This document shows, piece after piece, positions 1 to 8,860 of a DNA stretch of 64,000 nt. The first letter of the stretch is position 1, and every line of letters begins with the position of its first letter. A program made the translations under genes and the position numbers. Source of the DNA: Acidimicrobiia bacterium (GTDB lineage Bacteria; Actinomycetota; Acidimicrobiia; Spongiisociales; ZC4RG35); the NCBI GenBank assembly GCA_040905905.1, contig JBBDQN010000032.1, positions 30,796 through 94,795 of the forward strand. The letters run 5' to 3'. A model generated the notes under the pieces. It saw nothing but the letters and a program-made list of their open reading frames with translations. It did not search any database and had not been told where the DNA came from.

Positions 1-2678
1 TCGACCAGCCAGGGAGTGACAGTGGCAAAACGGCTGGAGGTGAAAGCGCTAAACGCCTCTGGGACCGCGGGACCGCTATCCGCTTCAGGGAGGTCGTACA
101 GATCGGTAGTGACGTCGTCGAAGGCAAGTTGGCCCCGGTGGTGCAATTCGATCCGGCGATGGATGTCGGTGCCGTGGCGGGCGGCTGGATTGGGCCGGCG
201 CGGGAGGCGATCTACCTCGGTCCAGAAGAACCGCCGGGGACACCCGGCATAGGTGACCAACCCGGTGACCGACGTGCTCAACAACGATTCGATCGGGTCC
301 GGTCGGTCGGGGGGCAGGTCGATCAACATCTGGACGAACTCGGTGTGATCGACGACAAAGCTGTCGGCCACGTCGACCAATCCGGCCTGGGTGGCCGCCC
401 ATCCCGGGTGGGCGAGCTCGGTGCGCAGCGCCGCATCCCACCCCTGGTGGAAGACCGGGTCGGGGCCGGGAGGGGAGGGCTCAAACCGCAACATGAGCGG
501 CCGGGGCGGTGGTTCCGCAGCAGGTGACGACTCGACCCTGGTGGAGGAATGTTCGGCCACCAGACGCCAGAGGTCGCTCGGCGGGACCGGCTTGGCATGG
601 GGTTCGGGGTGGCCGTACCACGTGGCGCCGCTGACGAAGAGCCGCTCCTTGGCCCTGGTCATGGCCACGTAGGCCACTCGCCACTCCTGGCGAAGGTGGT
701 GCTCGCGCAAGATGTCGTCAGCGTCTTTCTTCTCCATGTCGGCGGTGATGGGCGGCAGCCCGGCGGTGTCGAGACGCAATTCGTAGGGGAGGTAACGCCC
801 CGAGCGATACGGGTTCTCAAATCCCGCCGACCTGGTTGGGAAGTTGTCGCGATAACAGGCCGGGACAAACACCACCTCCCATTCCAGTCCCTTGGCGCGA
901 TGAACCGTCAGCAGGATCACCGCGTCCTCGCCGGACAAACGGGCGGTATCGAGCTCCTCGGTGGCGTCCTCATCCATCAGTGACAGGAAGTCAAGGAAGG
1001 CCTCGAGCGAAGGCCGTCCTTCCAATGGGCTCCACTCCTCGGTGAGATCGAGGAAGCGGTAGAGATTGAGGCGGGCGGTGAGCTGTTCGGTTTCGGGCAG
1101 CGACGCTAGGTCCTGCCAGGCCCCGACCCGATCGAGGATGCGACGACACAACTCGACCAGAGTCACCCCTTGCGCCGCCGAGAGCAGGTGGCGGTATTCA
1201 TCACCGAATCGCTCCAGCGCCATCCGCGCCGCCGGGCGGAGGCCCTCGATCTCGTCGAGATGATCCACCGCCTCCAACAGGGTGTGCGGGGAGGTAAGGA
1301 GATGTTCGGCCTGCTCCCGGCGGCCCGGGTCGCGGCTGCGAACCCATCCGGCCAGGGAGCGGAGGTCGCCCATGCCGAGGCGAAAGCGGCTCCCCATCAA
1401 CACTCTGAACAGGGACGGCTCGTCGGACGGATCCTGAATGATCGCCAGCCAGGCCCGGAGGTCAGCCACCTCGGGGATGGTGAGAAGGCCTCCCAGGTTG
1501 GCGACCTCGACCGGGATACCACCAGCTCGCAGAGCGTCGTGAACGAGCACCATGTCTTTGTTCTTTCGAAACAGGACGGCCATGTCTTTCCAGTTGTGAT
1601 GAGCGTGAAGCTGGGCGAGGGTGCGGGCGATCCATTCCGCCTCGGCCACGGAGCTGTCGTGCCAGGAAACGGCCACCTCGCCGCCGATGCGATCGCGCAG
1701 GGGCACCAGGTCGGGCTGGCCCGACCCGGTGCGGGCTCGGACCGAGTTGGCGAGGTTGATGATCGAGCGGTGCGAGCGGCGGTTTTCGGTGAGGTGAAGA
1801 GTCGAGCTAGGAGAGCCGTCCTTGAGCGGAAAGTGAACGGGGAAGCTTTCGAAATTGTCTGGCGACGCCCCGCGCCACTCATAGATGGTCTGATCGGCGT
1901 CGCCCACCGCAGTCAGCGGAAAGCCCGCCGGGAAGAGGGTGCGCAGGAGCTCGCGTTGGCCGGGGTTGGTGTCCTGGTATTCGTCCAGGAGAACAGCCTG
2001 ATAACGGTCCCTGATCTCGGCTGCGACCTCGGGGAACCTGGTCAGAAGACGATGGGCCATCACCACCAGATCGGCATAGTCGGACACCCCGAGTCGCCTT
2101 TTCTCCCTCTGGTAATGAGTGAGGCCGGTCAGAAGCGCCGATCGAAGCTCCCACGGCGAACCGGCTTCGAACTCAGGGACCGCAACCTCGTCGGCAATGA
2201 GCAGGTGGTCCCCCAATGACGACCCGAGTCGGCGCAGGTCTTCCACGGTACGGGCATAGGTGGCATCGAGACCGGGGAGCTCGACCGATCGCAGGATTTG
2301 GCTGAGGAGCTGGCGGGTGAAAGTGGGGGTGATGACTCCGGCGCGCCGCTCGACTCCCACCAGGGCGCCAAACTCGCGGAGGATCTGGGCGGCGAAGCCG
2401 TGATAGGTGTGGACCTCCACCTCCCGACCTTCATCGACCAGCACACTGGCGTTGGATTCGCGCAACATCTGCCGAATGCGATCTGCCAGTTCGCCCGCGG
2501 CTTTGTTGGTGAAAGTGATTCCGAGGAGCCGTTCCGGTTCAACTTGGCCGGCGGTGACGAGGTGAACCACCCTGGCCGCCATGGTGGTGGTCTTCCCGGT
2601 TCCGGCGCCAGCTGCCACTCGCAGGGGGACGAACGGTGCGGTGATGATGGCTGCCTGTTCAGGCGTGGGAACGATCAT
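1..2678 (-). CDS. UvrD/AdnB-like SF1 helicase-nuclease, 3' end cut by window edge
   Basis: The frame is open from ATG 2678-2676 to position 1, so it is absent from the ORF track (no listed minus ORF uses this frame). My translation: MIVPTPEQAAIITAPFVPLRVAAGAGTGKTTTMAARVVHLV..ITFTNKAAGELADRI (motifs I/Ia), VLLDEYQDTNPGQ (II), VGDADQTIYEWRGA (III), TVHRAKGLEWEVVFV (V), VAYVAMTRAKERLF (VI). The distal part has GCPRRFFW, typical of a RecB-type nuclease. ATGA overlap with the upstream gene stop. Confidence 0.8.
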   Translation of the reverse strand, partial: MIVPTPEQAAIITAPFVPLRVAAGAGTGKTTTMAARVVHLVTAGQVEPERLLGITFTNKAAGELADRIRQMLRESNASVLVDEGREVEVHTYHGFAAQILREFGALVGVERRAGVITPTFTRQLLSQILRSVELPGLDATYARTVEDLRRLGSSLGDHLLIADEVAVPEFEAGSPWELRSALLTGLTHYQREKRRLGVSDYADLVVMAHRLLTRFPEVAAEIRDRYQAVLLDEYQDTNPGQRELLRTLFPAGFPLTAVGDADQTIYEWRGASPDNFESFPVHFPLKDGSPSSTLHLTENRRSHRSIINLANSVRARTGSGQPDLVPLRDRIGGEVAVSWHDSSVAEAEWIARTLAQLHAHHNWKDMAVLFRKNKDMVLVHDALRAGGIPVEVANLGGLLTIPEVADLRAWLAIIQDPSDEPSLFRVLMGSRFRLGMGDLRSLAGWVRSRDPGRREQAEHLLTSPHTLLEAVDHLDEIEGLRPAARMALERFGDEYRHLLSAAQGVTLVELCRRILDRVGAWQDLASLPETEQLTARLNLYRFLDLTEEWSPLEGRPSLEAFLDFLSLMDEDATEELDTARLSGEDAVILLTVHRAKGLEWEVVFVPACYRDNFPTRSAGFENPYRSGRYLPYELRLDTAGLPPITADMEKKDADDILREHHLRQEWRVAYVAMTRAKERLFVSGATWYGHPEPHAKPVPPSDLWRLVAEHSSTRVESSPAAEPPPRPLMLRFEPSPPGPDPVFHQGWDAALRTELAHPGWAATQAGLVDVADSFVVDHTEFVQMLIDLPPDRPDPIESLLSTSVTGLVTYAGCPRRFFWTEVDRLPRRPNPAARHGTDIHRRIELHHRGQLAFDDVTTDLYDLPEADSGPAVPEAFSAFTSSRFATVTPWLV

Positions 2679-5671
2679 GTGACGAATCCCTCCCGCCCCT
2701 CTGGCCAGGCCGGACACACCAGTCGGAGTCGACAGCGCCCGCAATGTGGCCCCGGCAGGGGGGTCCAGTCTTCGGCGGCGATGGCGGCGGCCACCCGGCG
2801 CAACTCCTCCGCAACGACGGGGAGATTGGCCTGGTCGAACGAACGGGTGATGCCTGCCAGCGGATACCAGAGTTCAGCCTCCGTTGGGGTACCCCATGCT
2901 GCCAACTCCGGGTCCGCCGCCACTGCCAGCAGATAGAACCCGAGCTGGAGCGATCGTTTGGAGTCCGTGACCGTCGCCGCGGTCTTGCTGGTCTTGTAGT
3001 CGACCACCCTGAGCTCACCCGTCTTGTGGCTTTCGATCCGGTCCGAGTAGCCGGTCCAGCTGTGGCCGTCGAGCTCGAGCGTCAACCTGCGCTCGAGGAC
3101 GACCGGTATGGCAACGCCTCCGGGCCACTCCGCATACATCTTCTCGAGGAGCTGGCGACCCCGGTGATGCCAAGCCTGATTGAGCACCGGTGAGCCGAAG
3201 TTGGCCGACCTCTCCCAGACTTGATCGAGGACCTCGAGGGCGCGGTCAAGCCCGGAGTTGGGCTGGCGTTGTTCAACCGCCTCCTTCTCGGCCACCTCCA
3301 GGACTTCGTGGATCAAAGACCCGAACTCGGCATAGGGGCCGGACTCCTGGGCCGTCTGCACTCGTCTCTCTAGCGCGTATCGACGGGGACAGCTCGAATA
3401 AGCGTCGGCCTGGCTGGGAGACAGGACCAGGGGCAGGCTCACCAGCGGCGAGTCGGGGCCGCGCTCGGGGGCGCCGGCAAACGCCGCGGCGTCCCACAAC
3501 GGCGTCGGGGGCGAGGCCAGAGTGGCCAGCGCGGCCAACCGGCGTGAGGCGCTCTGGGCGGGATCGGTGAAGAGTTGTCGGAGGCTGGCCTGGGCTTCGG
3601 TGACTGTCACGGGCCGACGGTCGGGATCGCGGGAGGGGGCGCCGAGCTGGTCGAAGCCGTCGGCTCCTACCGCCGCCAGCAGAAACCGGGAGGGCCGTCG
3701 TTCACCTTCGTCGATGGCTGCCGAGGTTGCGGTCCACACCACCCGGCGTCTGGCCCTGGTCATGGCCGTGTAGGCCAGGCGCATCTCCTCCTGAAGTCGT
3801 AGCCGGACCGGGTTTTCGGCGGCGGCGTAGGTCGGGGACAACAACTCCGGCCGCAACAAGGCCCGGGAACGACGGAGATCGGGGAACACACCTTCGGCAG
3901 CGTCGGCGATGAAAACCACTTCGAACTCGAGGCCTTTGGCCTGGTGGAGGGTTGTCAGGGTGATGCGGTCGTGACGCCGTCCCAACAAGCTGTAGAGAGG
4001 GGTTGCTTCGAAGTCGTCGTGTTCGGCCAGGCGCCGGACGTCGAGGAGGGTGACAGACGGGTCGCGTTCTTCCTGGCGATCGAGTACCTGGGCGAACGCT
4101 GCCCAAGCCGCTCTGTAGTCGGCAAGGTGGGGATCACCCACTAGCCGTTCCAGTTGGGGAAGTGAGGTCCAGAGGTGCCAGAACCCTTGGTTGGCGCCCA
4201 GTTCTACGGCCCAGCCGGGATCCCGCAAGAGCTCCGCCAGCGGCGAGCCCTCGTCGAGGTCGCGGTCGAGCACTGAGCTCCACGGAGCGAAGTTGCGTTG
4301 CCGGTTGCGAAGAAGGTTTCGTTCGGCGGACAAGGCCAGCCCAAAGAGTGGACCGAGCAATATCCGACGGATTGCCCGATCGACTTCGTCGAAGGAAACC
4401 GAACCTGTCGAACTCTCGCCGGCCGCGGCCAGCGCCAGGTCGAAGACGAGCTGGACCGCAGGATGGTCGACCAGGCGGCGGTCGGGAGCATCGTGAGGGA
4501 TGTGGCGTCGCTCCAGGGACCGGGATAGCTCCGGCAAGAGATGGCGGGTCGTTCGCACCAAGACGGCGATGTTGTGCCACTCGAGGCCTTCGGTTCTGAC
4601 CAGGTGCTCAACCTCGGAGGCAATCCATTCAGCCTCGGCTGTCGCCTGGTCGAAGACGTAGGCCTCCACCCTCCCCTGATGTGCAGCCGGGCGGACGGGT
4701 CCGGCACCTCCTGGCAAGTCACCTCCGGCGACGATTCGCAAGGCACTGCTCAAGATCTCGGCGGGCACACGAAAACTCTGAGTGAGGATGAGCCGGCGGG
4801 GCTGGCCGAAAGACCCAAAGCGGGCACCAAACTCGGCGACATTGGCAATCTCGGCGCCCCGGAACGAATACACGGACTGGTACGGGTCGGCGGCCACTGT
4901 GATATTGCCGTGATTGGCCACCAACAACTCCAGCAGACGTGCCTGGGCAGGGGCGGTGTCCTGGTATTCATCAACCAACACATACCGAAACTGTTCACCA
5001 AGGGTGGCGGCGACACTCGGCTGTTCCAGACAACTGACCGCTGCTGCCTGGAGACCGCCGTAGTCGATCCGCCCAAGTCGCTCGAGTTCGAGGTCGTATC
5101 GAGTCATGAATCCGCTGAGCGCCCGCCATTGCGGGCGGCCGATCGCCAGGTCGGCGAGGTGACCGGGACCGAGAAGGCGTTCCCGGCTGCGGAGAAGGAA
5201 GTCGGCCAGTTCCTGGCCAAGGGTGTTGGTCGTGAGGAGGGGTCGCAGCGTCAGCGGCCACTCGGAAGGATCCTCCCCGCCGAGGAGGTCCGTGACCAGC
5301 GCCACCTGCTCGGGCCCGGTGAGGAGCGACGGGACCTCACGCCAACCGTGCACTGCGGGTCCATGGACCTCTAGCAGACGGTGAGCGAAGGAGTGGAAGG
5401 TGGAGGCGCCGACGCCGGGACCACCCGATGGGAGGCTGGCAACGACCCTGTGGCTCAACTCCCCGGCGGCCCGGCGCGAAAAGGTGAGGATGAGGATCTG
5501 GGAAGGTTTGGCCTTGCCCGATTCGACGAGATGGGCGGCCCGACCCACCAGGAATTCGGTCTTACCGGTGCCTGGCCCGGCCACGACCAACTGTGGTCCG
5601 TCGCAATTAGCAATCGCTTCTGGCCACCCGTCGGGTTCGACCCTGATGTCAATGAGGTTTGCTGATGTCAT
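2675..5671 (-). CDS. UvrD/AdnA-like SF1 helicase with C-terminal RecB-type (Cys4) nuclease
   Basis: ORF 2675..5800. Start trimmed to ATG 5671 (MTSANLIDIR) because the 43 upstream codons are Cys/Arg-rich and overlap the divergent gene. Motifs: VVAGPGTGKTEF, LTFSRRAAGEL, VLVDEYQDT, AADPYQSVYSFRGA, LHQAKGLEFEVVFI, LAYTAMTRARRRV. C-terminal VVDYKTSK nuclease motif plus SCPRRY...CGRCRLRLVC. Confidence 0.85.
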   Translation of the reverse strand: MTSANLIDIRVEPDGWPEAIANCDGPQLVVAGPGTGKTEFLVGRAAHLVESGKAKPSQILILTFSRRAAGELSHRVVASLPSGGPGVGASTFHSFAHRLLEVHGPAVHGWREVPSLLTGPEQVALVTDLLGGEDPSEWPLTLRPLLTTNTLGQELADFLLRSRERLLGPGHLADLAIGRPQWRALSGFMTRYDLELERLGRIDYGGLQAAAVSCLEQPSVAATLGEQFRYVLVDEYQDTAPAQARLLELLVANHGNITVAADPYQSVYSFRGAEIANVAEFGARFGSFGQPRRLILTQSFRVPAEILSSALRIVAGGDLPGGAGPVRPAAHQGRVEAYVFDQATAEAEWIASEVEHLVRTEGLEWHNIAVLVRTTRHLLPELSRSLERRHIPHDAPDRRLVDHPAVQLVFDLALAAAGESSTGSVSFDEVDRAIRRILLGPLFGLALSAERNLLRNRQRNFAPWSSVLDRDLDEGSPLAELLRDPGWAVELGANQGFWHLWTSLPQLERLVGDPHLADYRAAWAAFAQVLDRQEERDPSVTLLDVRRLAEHDDFEATPLYSLLGRRHDRITLTTLHQAKGLEFEVVFIADAAEGVFPDLRRSRALLRPELLSPTYAAAENPVRLRLQEEMRLAYTAMTRARRRVVWTATSAAIDEGERRPSRFLLAAVGADGFDQLGAPSRDPDRRPVTVTEAQASLRQLFTDPAQSASRRLAALATLASPPTPLWDAAAFAGAPERGPDSPLVSLPLVLSPSQADAYSSCPRRYALERRVQTAQESGPYAEFGSLIHEVLEVAEKEAVEQRQPNSGLDRALEVLDQVWERSANFGSPVLNQAWHHRGRQLLEKMYAEWPGGVAIPVVLERRLTLELDGHSWTGYSDRIESHKTGELRVVDYKTSKTAATVTDSKRSLQLGFYLLAVAADPELAAWGTPTEAELWYPLAGITRSFDQANLPVVAEELRRVAAAIAAEDWTPLPGPHCGRCRLRLVCPAWPEGREGFVT

Positions 5672-6489
5672 CTCCACGAGTAGGCATTGTGGACAGAAAA
5701 ACACGCCAGGTCGACAACAATGCCGTCGTGGTCCACCCGGTTGCAGCCAAAGGCTTTGAGGAGAGTCAACGATACGACCGTGGTCGCCCGGGATATCCAC
5801 CTCAGGCTGTCGATTGGCTGCGGCTAAACCTTGGTTTAGGGCCAGGAAAGCTGACGGCGGACGTGGCGAGCGGGACTGGCAAGCTCACGGGCTCTCTCGC
5901 AGAGGATGGAAGCGGGGTGATCGGTCTTGAGCCAGTTGCGTCTATGCGTCGCCAGTTCCTGATCAACTGCCGGTCCGTTCCTTGTGTCGGGGCGGTAGCC
6001 GAGAGACTCCCTCTCCGTTCAGGTTGCCTGGATGCAATCACGGTGGCTCAGGCATTTCATTGGTTCGATGCGCCTCGGGCCTTGGAGGAGTTTCACCGAG
6101 TGCTGAGGCCGCAGGGTCGAGTGGGCTTGATTTGGAACGTGCGTGATCGATCAGTGGACTGGATTGAGCGTCTCTGGCAGGTCATGGACCGCGTGGAGAG
6201 ACACGCTCCCTGGCGTGACCATGATCGCCTGCCCCTGGCTGGTGTGGCCGGGGCAGCAGGATTCGGCCCCATTCAGCAGGCACAATTCCACCATGTTCAT
6301 ACGATCGATCGGCAAACACTGGTCGACCGGTTTTGCTCGGTCAGTCATGTTGCCGTGCTGTCCGAACCTGAGCGGCAGAGCGTGATCGACGAGGTCCTGT
6401 CGGTTGTTGACGAACACCCTTCAACAAAGGGCCAGCCAACACTGGCGATTCCCTACCGGGTTGACGCTTATTGGATGGAGCGGATCTGA
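5659..6489 (+). CDS. class I SAM-dependent methyltransferase
   Basis: ORF track. YDRGRPGYPP N-terminal signature and ADVASGTGKLTG (motif I-like), then RSGCLDAITVAQAFHWF. The real start may be the in-frame GTG at 5728 (VHPVAAKGF). Confidence 0.7.
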   Translation: MLMSSPRVGIVDRKTRQVDNNAVVVHPVAAKGFEESQRYDRGRPGYPPQAVDWLRLNLGLGPGKLTADVASGTGKLTGSLAEDGSGVIGLEPVASMRRQFLINCRSVPCVGAVAERLPLRSGCLDAITVAQAFHWFDAPRALEEFHRVLRPQGRVGLIWNVRDRSVDWIERLWQVMDRVERHAPWRDHDRLPLAGVAGAAGFGPIQQAQFHHVHTIDRQTLVDRFCSVSHVAVLSEPERQSVIDEVLSVVDEHPSTKGQPTLAIPYRVDAYWMERI

Positions 6490-6495
6490 GCCGGC

Positions 6496-7299
6496 TCAAC
6501 CGCCAAAGACGTGAGTGGTCCAGAGTTTCCCGCTGGAGTCGATGAAGACTCCTACCCCGAGGTGAGTGAACCTGGTGTCGACCATGTTGGCGTAGTGGGG
6601 AGGGCTCGCAAACAGGGCGTCGAAGATGGAGGCAACGGAACCGCCCCTGCCTATGTTCTCACCGACAATTCCCCAAGGCCCGAGCAGCGAGGCGATGTTG
6701 GAGTGCCGGAAGTTGCCGCTGGTGGCCATTTCCTGTGACCAGTCGCGGGCGTAGTTGTTGAGACTGGAGCTGACGGAAAGCTGAGCCAAACCTTGCTGGG
6801 CTCGAAGGTTGTTGATCCTCGATACGAAGTCGGACTCGGCGCCCGGAGAGAAGTTGCCGGCCGGAGCGGTAGTGGTGGTGGGGGCCGCGGTGGTCGTCGT
6901 CGCCGGAGAGGTGGTGGTAGCCGGAGGGGGAGCGGCTGTGGTGGTGGTTGCGGGTGGTGGCTTGGGCCTCGTGGTTGTGGTGGTGGCCACAGCGGTGGTT
7001 GTTGTCGTAGCCGAGGTGGTAGTCGTGGTGTCGGCAGTGGCTGAGGTCGTTGTGGTGGTGGGCTCCGCCACCGGATCCACAAACGCAGTTGGCGACTTAT
7101 CCGCCCGTGTCGAGTCGAAGAACTCGGTTTGGAACTCGGTAACCAGACCCTCGACTTCGTATTCGACAGGGGGAGCCATGCTCCCGGTGACCAGTTGGAT
7201 GACTGCTACCCAACCGGTAGCAGCAATCGTCAACGCCAGCGCTCTCCTCATCTTCCCTCCTAATGGAGTATCCGACCCCGTACGGGTATCGGCCATCAC
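6496..7299 (-). CDS. membrane-anchored CAP/SCP-domain protein with Thr/Pro-rich linker
   Basis: N-terminal hydrophobic helix (ALALTIAATGWVAVIQLV), a ~90-aa T/P/A low-complexity linker, and a C-terminal CAP-like region (FVSRINNLRAQQGL...YARDWSQEMA...HYANMVDTRFTHLGVGV). Confidence 0.7.
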   Translation of the reverse strand: MMADTRTGSDTPLGGKMRRALALTIAATGWVAVIQLVTGSMAPPVEYEVEGLVTEFQTEFFDSTRADKSPTAFVDPVAEPTTTTTSATADTTTTTSATTTTTAVATTTTTRPKPPPATTTTAAPPPATTTSPATTTTAAPTTTTAPAGNFSPGAESDFVSRINNLRAQQGLAQLSVSSSLNNYARDWSQEMATSGNFRHSNIASLLGPWGIVGENIGRGGSVASIFDALFASPPHYANMVDTRFTHLGVGVFIDSSGKLWTTHVFGG

Positions 7300-7317
7300 G
7301 GAGAGTGACTTGAGTGG

Positions 7318-8097
7318 CTAACCCGCCAGGATCTCGGCCGGCGCCCAGGCCGGGCAGCGGTCCCGGAAGGAGCAGTAGTCACAAAGGCGCCCGGGGCGGG
7401 GTGGGAAGAGGTTCTTTTCGATAGCCCGATTGATCGCCTTCCACAGTGCCCGCAACTGCCTTTCCATCGCATCGAGTTGGCTGGCGTGGATCGGGATTCG
7501 ATAAACGGTGGGGCCGTTCAGGTATATCAGGCGGACCTCGGCCGGAGTTTCACCGAGGCGGCGTCTGATCAACAGGGCATAGATCTTCAAGGCGAAAAAC
7601 GCCGGCATGGCGTAAAGCTCGGGCGGGGCTCTGCCGGTCTTGTAGTCCGTGATGATCAGCCGGCCGTCGGGAAGGCGATCGATCCGATCAAGGATGCCGC
7701 GGATGACGATCTCATCGTCGATTGCCTCGAGCATGTCCAGCTCGCGGGCGAGAGGCTCGACCAGGGCCGGGTCTTCGATTCGCAGATAGTTGGCGAGGAG
7801 GGCGAGGCTGTCGAGTCCCCACTGACGTTCATCCTCGACCGAGCCGAAAAGTTCTGTGAACTCTTCGTTGGTCCGAAGTTCACTCCAAGCCTCCCGAAAG
7901 AGGTCGTAAAGACGTTCAGGCGTGCGTTGATCCGCCGACAGGTCATAAAGGCGCTGTAGGGCAAGGTGGGCAGTGGTGCCTCGGGCCTGATACACGGTGG
8001 TGGGCTCGGGCAGGTGGTCGATCGCCCGGAACCGGAACAGTTGCGGGCACGTCTTGAAGTCACCCGCTCTGCTTGGTGACAGCGTCTCTAGTGCCAT
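7318..8097 (-). CDS. PD-(D/E)XK / RecB-family exonuclease with Cys4 (Cas4/AddB-like) pattern
   Basis: ORF 7318..8181 trimmed to ATG 8097 (MALETLSPSRAGDFKTCPQLFRF). Has the ITDYKTGR nuclease motif and C-terminal CDYCSFRDRCPAW. Confidence 0.7.
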   Translation of the reverse strand: MALETLSPSRAGDFKTCPQLFRFRAIDHLPEPTTVYQARGTTAHLALQRLYDLSADQRTPERLYDLFREAWSELRTNEEFTELFGSVEDERQWGLDSLALLANYLRIEDPALVEPLARELDMLEAIDDEIVIRGILDRIDRLPDGRLIITDYKTGRAPPELYAMPAFFALKIYALLIRRRLGETPAEVRLIYLNGPTVYRIPIHASQLDAMERQLRALWKAINRAIEKNLFPPRPGRLCDYCSFRDRCPAWAPAEILAG

Positions 8098-8165
8098 GTT
8101 CGGGACTATACGGGGTACGAATGACAGATTTGCAATTCTCCTCGTCCAGAGCTTCTGCATCACAC

Positions 8166-8195
8166 CGCGAAAACAAATCAACCGCTCGCGAAAAC
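8166..8195. repeat. pair of CGCGAAAAC boxes, 21-nt phasing (module 1)
   Basis: Exact 9-mers at 8166-8174 and 8187-8195. The same 9-mer pair with identical spacing recurs at 8444-8473. Confidence 0.8.
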
Positions 8196-8211
8196 CAAGT
8201 TGTCAGTCAGC

Positions 8212-8241
8212 TTGACGTTGGTCCACCGAGCTCTTTAAGTT
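8212..8241 (+). promoter_or_regulatory. sigma70/SigA-like promoter candidate
   Basis: TTGACG (8212-8217), a 17/18-nt spacer, then TTAAGT/TAAGTT (8235-8241). It sits just downstream of the first CGCGAAAAC pair. Predicted TSS is near 8247. Confidence 0.4.
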
Positions 8242-8353
8242 GCGCCCTGCCTGATCGGGGGTGACTCCGAATAGGCGCCGGAAGGTCGAGAGGCAGTCCG
8301 GCAAGCCATTGGAAGAACGGGCCCTCGGGAACGGAGTTCGAATGGCGAGGAAT

Positions 8354-8398
8354 CCCGAGAGGGTGCGACTTCGGTCGGAGCTCTCTCGGGGTTTTCTC
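8354..8398 (+). terminator. terminator-like hairpin A
   Basis: CCCGAGAG (8354-61) pairs with CTCTCGGG (8383-90). This encloses CGAC-UUCG-GUCG (8366-77) and is followed by GUUUUCUC. Confidence 0.4.
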
Positions 8399-8443
8399 AT
8401 TGGGCGGCGTTCCTTCGTGAACGCTCAGGCAACGGCAACGAGT

Positions 8444-8473
8444 CGCGAAAACGAAAAGCCCCTTCGCGAAAAC
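8444..8473. repeat. pair of CGCGAAAAC boxes, 21-nt phasing (module 2)
   Basis: Exact 9-mers at 8444-8452 and 8465-8473. The second sits in the palindrome TTCGCGAA. Confidence 0.8.
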
Positions 8474-8809
8474 GAGATTGCCAAAACCGGCTCGCAGCCC
8501 CCATTGACGGTCTACATTGACTTTTGCGCTGTGGGGTTCGCCTCAAAGCGACCTGGAAGGCGGGAAACCGTCGTCTAGGGAGCGGATCGACCCGCAAGAG
8601 TTGAACCGCTCGTCGTCCGGGCTCTGCTCGCAAGAGGAGAACGGCCGGGGACCTTCGGGTCGTCGAGCCGCCGGAAACGACACCTCGGAGACCGGAAACG
8701 GTTCACCGAGTATCTCCGGCAACGGGGATAGCTGACATGGTCTTCGGACCAAGCCAGCGTTTCGCTGGCGACAGGATCTTCGGGTCTTGTCACCAAGGAA
8801 CAGCGAGGG

Positions 8810-8860
8810 CCCCGAGAGGGTGGAGATTCGTCGAAGCTCCCTCGGGGCTTTCGTATTCTC
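8810..8860 (+). terminator. terminator-like hairpin B (paralog of A)
   Basis: CCCCGAG (8810-16) pairs with CUCGGGG (8841-47), followed by CUUUCGUAUUCUC. By eye it is roughly 80% identical to hairpin A, including the flanking GCGAGG. Confidence 0.35.

Larger units (their letters stand above)
8247..8856 (+). ncRNA. candidate large structured RNA or long structured 5' leader (family unassigned)
   Basis: No credible ORF in six frames. There are at least nine hairpins capped by UUCG, GAAA or GCAA loops that read as stable tetraloops only on the + strand (coordinates in findings). A promoter-like element lies upstream, and stem-plus-U-rich elements sit at 8354-8398 and 8810-8860. The boundaries are guesses. 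Confidence 0.45.

Noticed and set aside
1170-2219. 349-aa + strand ORF, plus the many 60-160-aa ORFs between 16 and 2936
   Set aside because: These lie antisense to or out of frame with the edge-truncated UvrD-like helicase gene, whose SF1 motifs read cleanly on the minus strand. Their composition is Arg/Gly/Pro-rich, as expected for GC-rich shadow frames.
6790-7085. Highly repetitive GGTGGT/GCCGCC-type stretch that might be a tandem repeat or CRISPR-like array
   Set aside because: It is in frame within the CAP-domain gene and encodes a Thr/Pro/Ala-rich linker. There is no regular repeat-spacer periodicity.
8329-8342. LexA/SOS-box-like GAAC-GGA-GUUCGAA near DNA-repair genes
   Set aside because: The spacer is 3 nt instead of the 4 nt in the actinobacterial TCGAAC-N4-GTTCGA consensus, and the left half lacks TC. 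It also lies 230 nt from the nuclease start.
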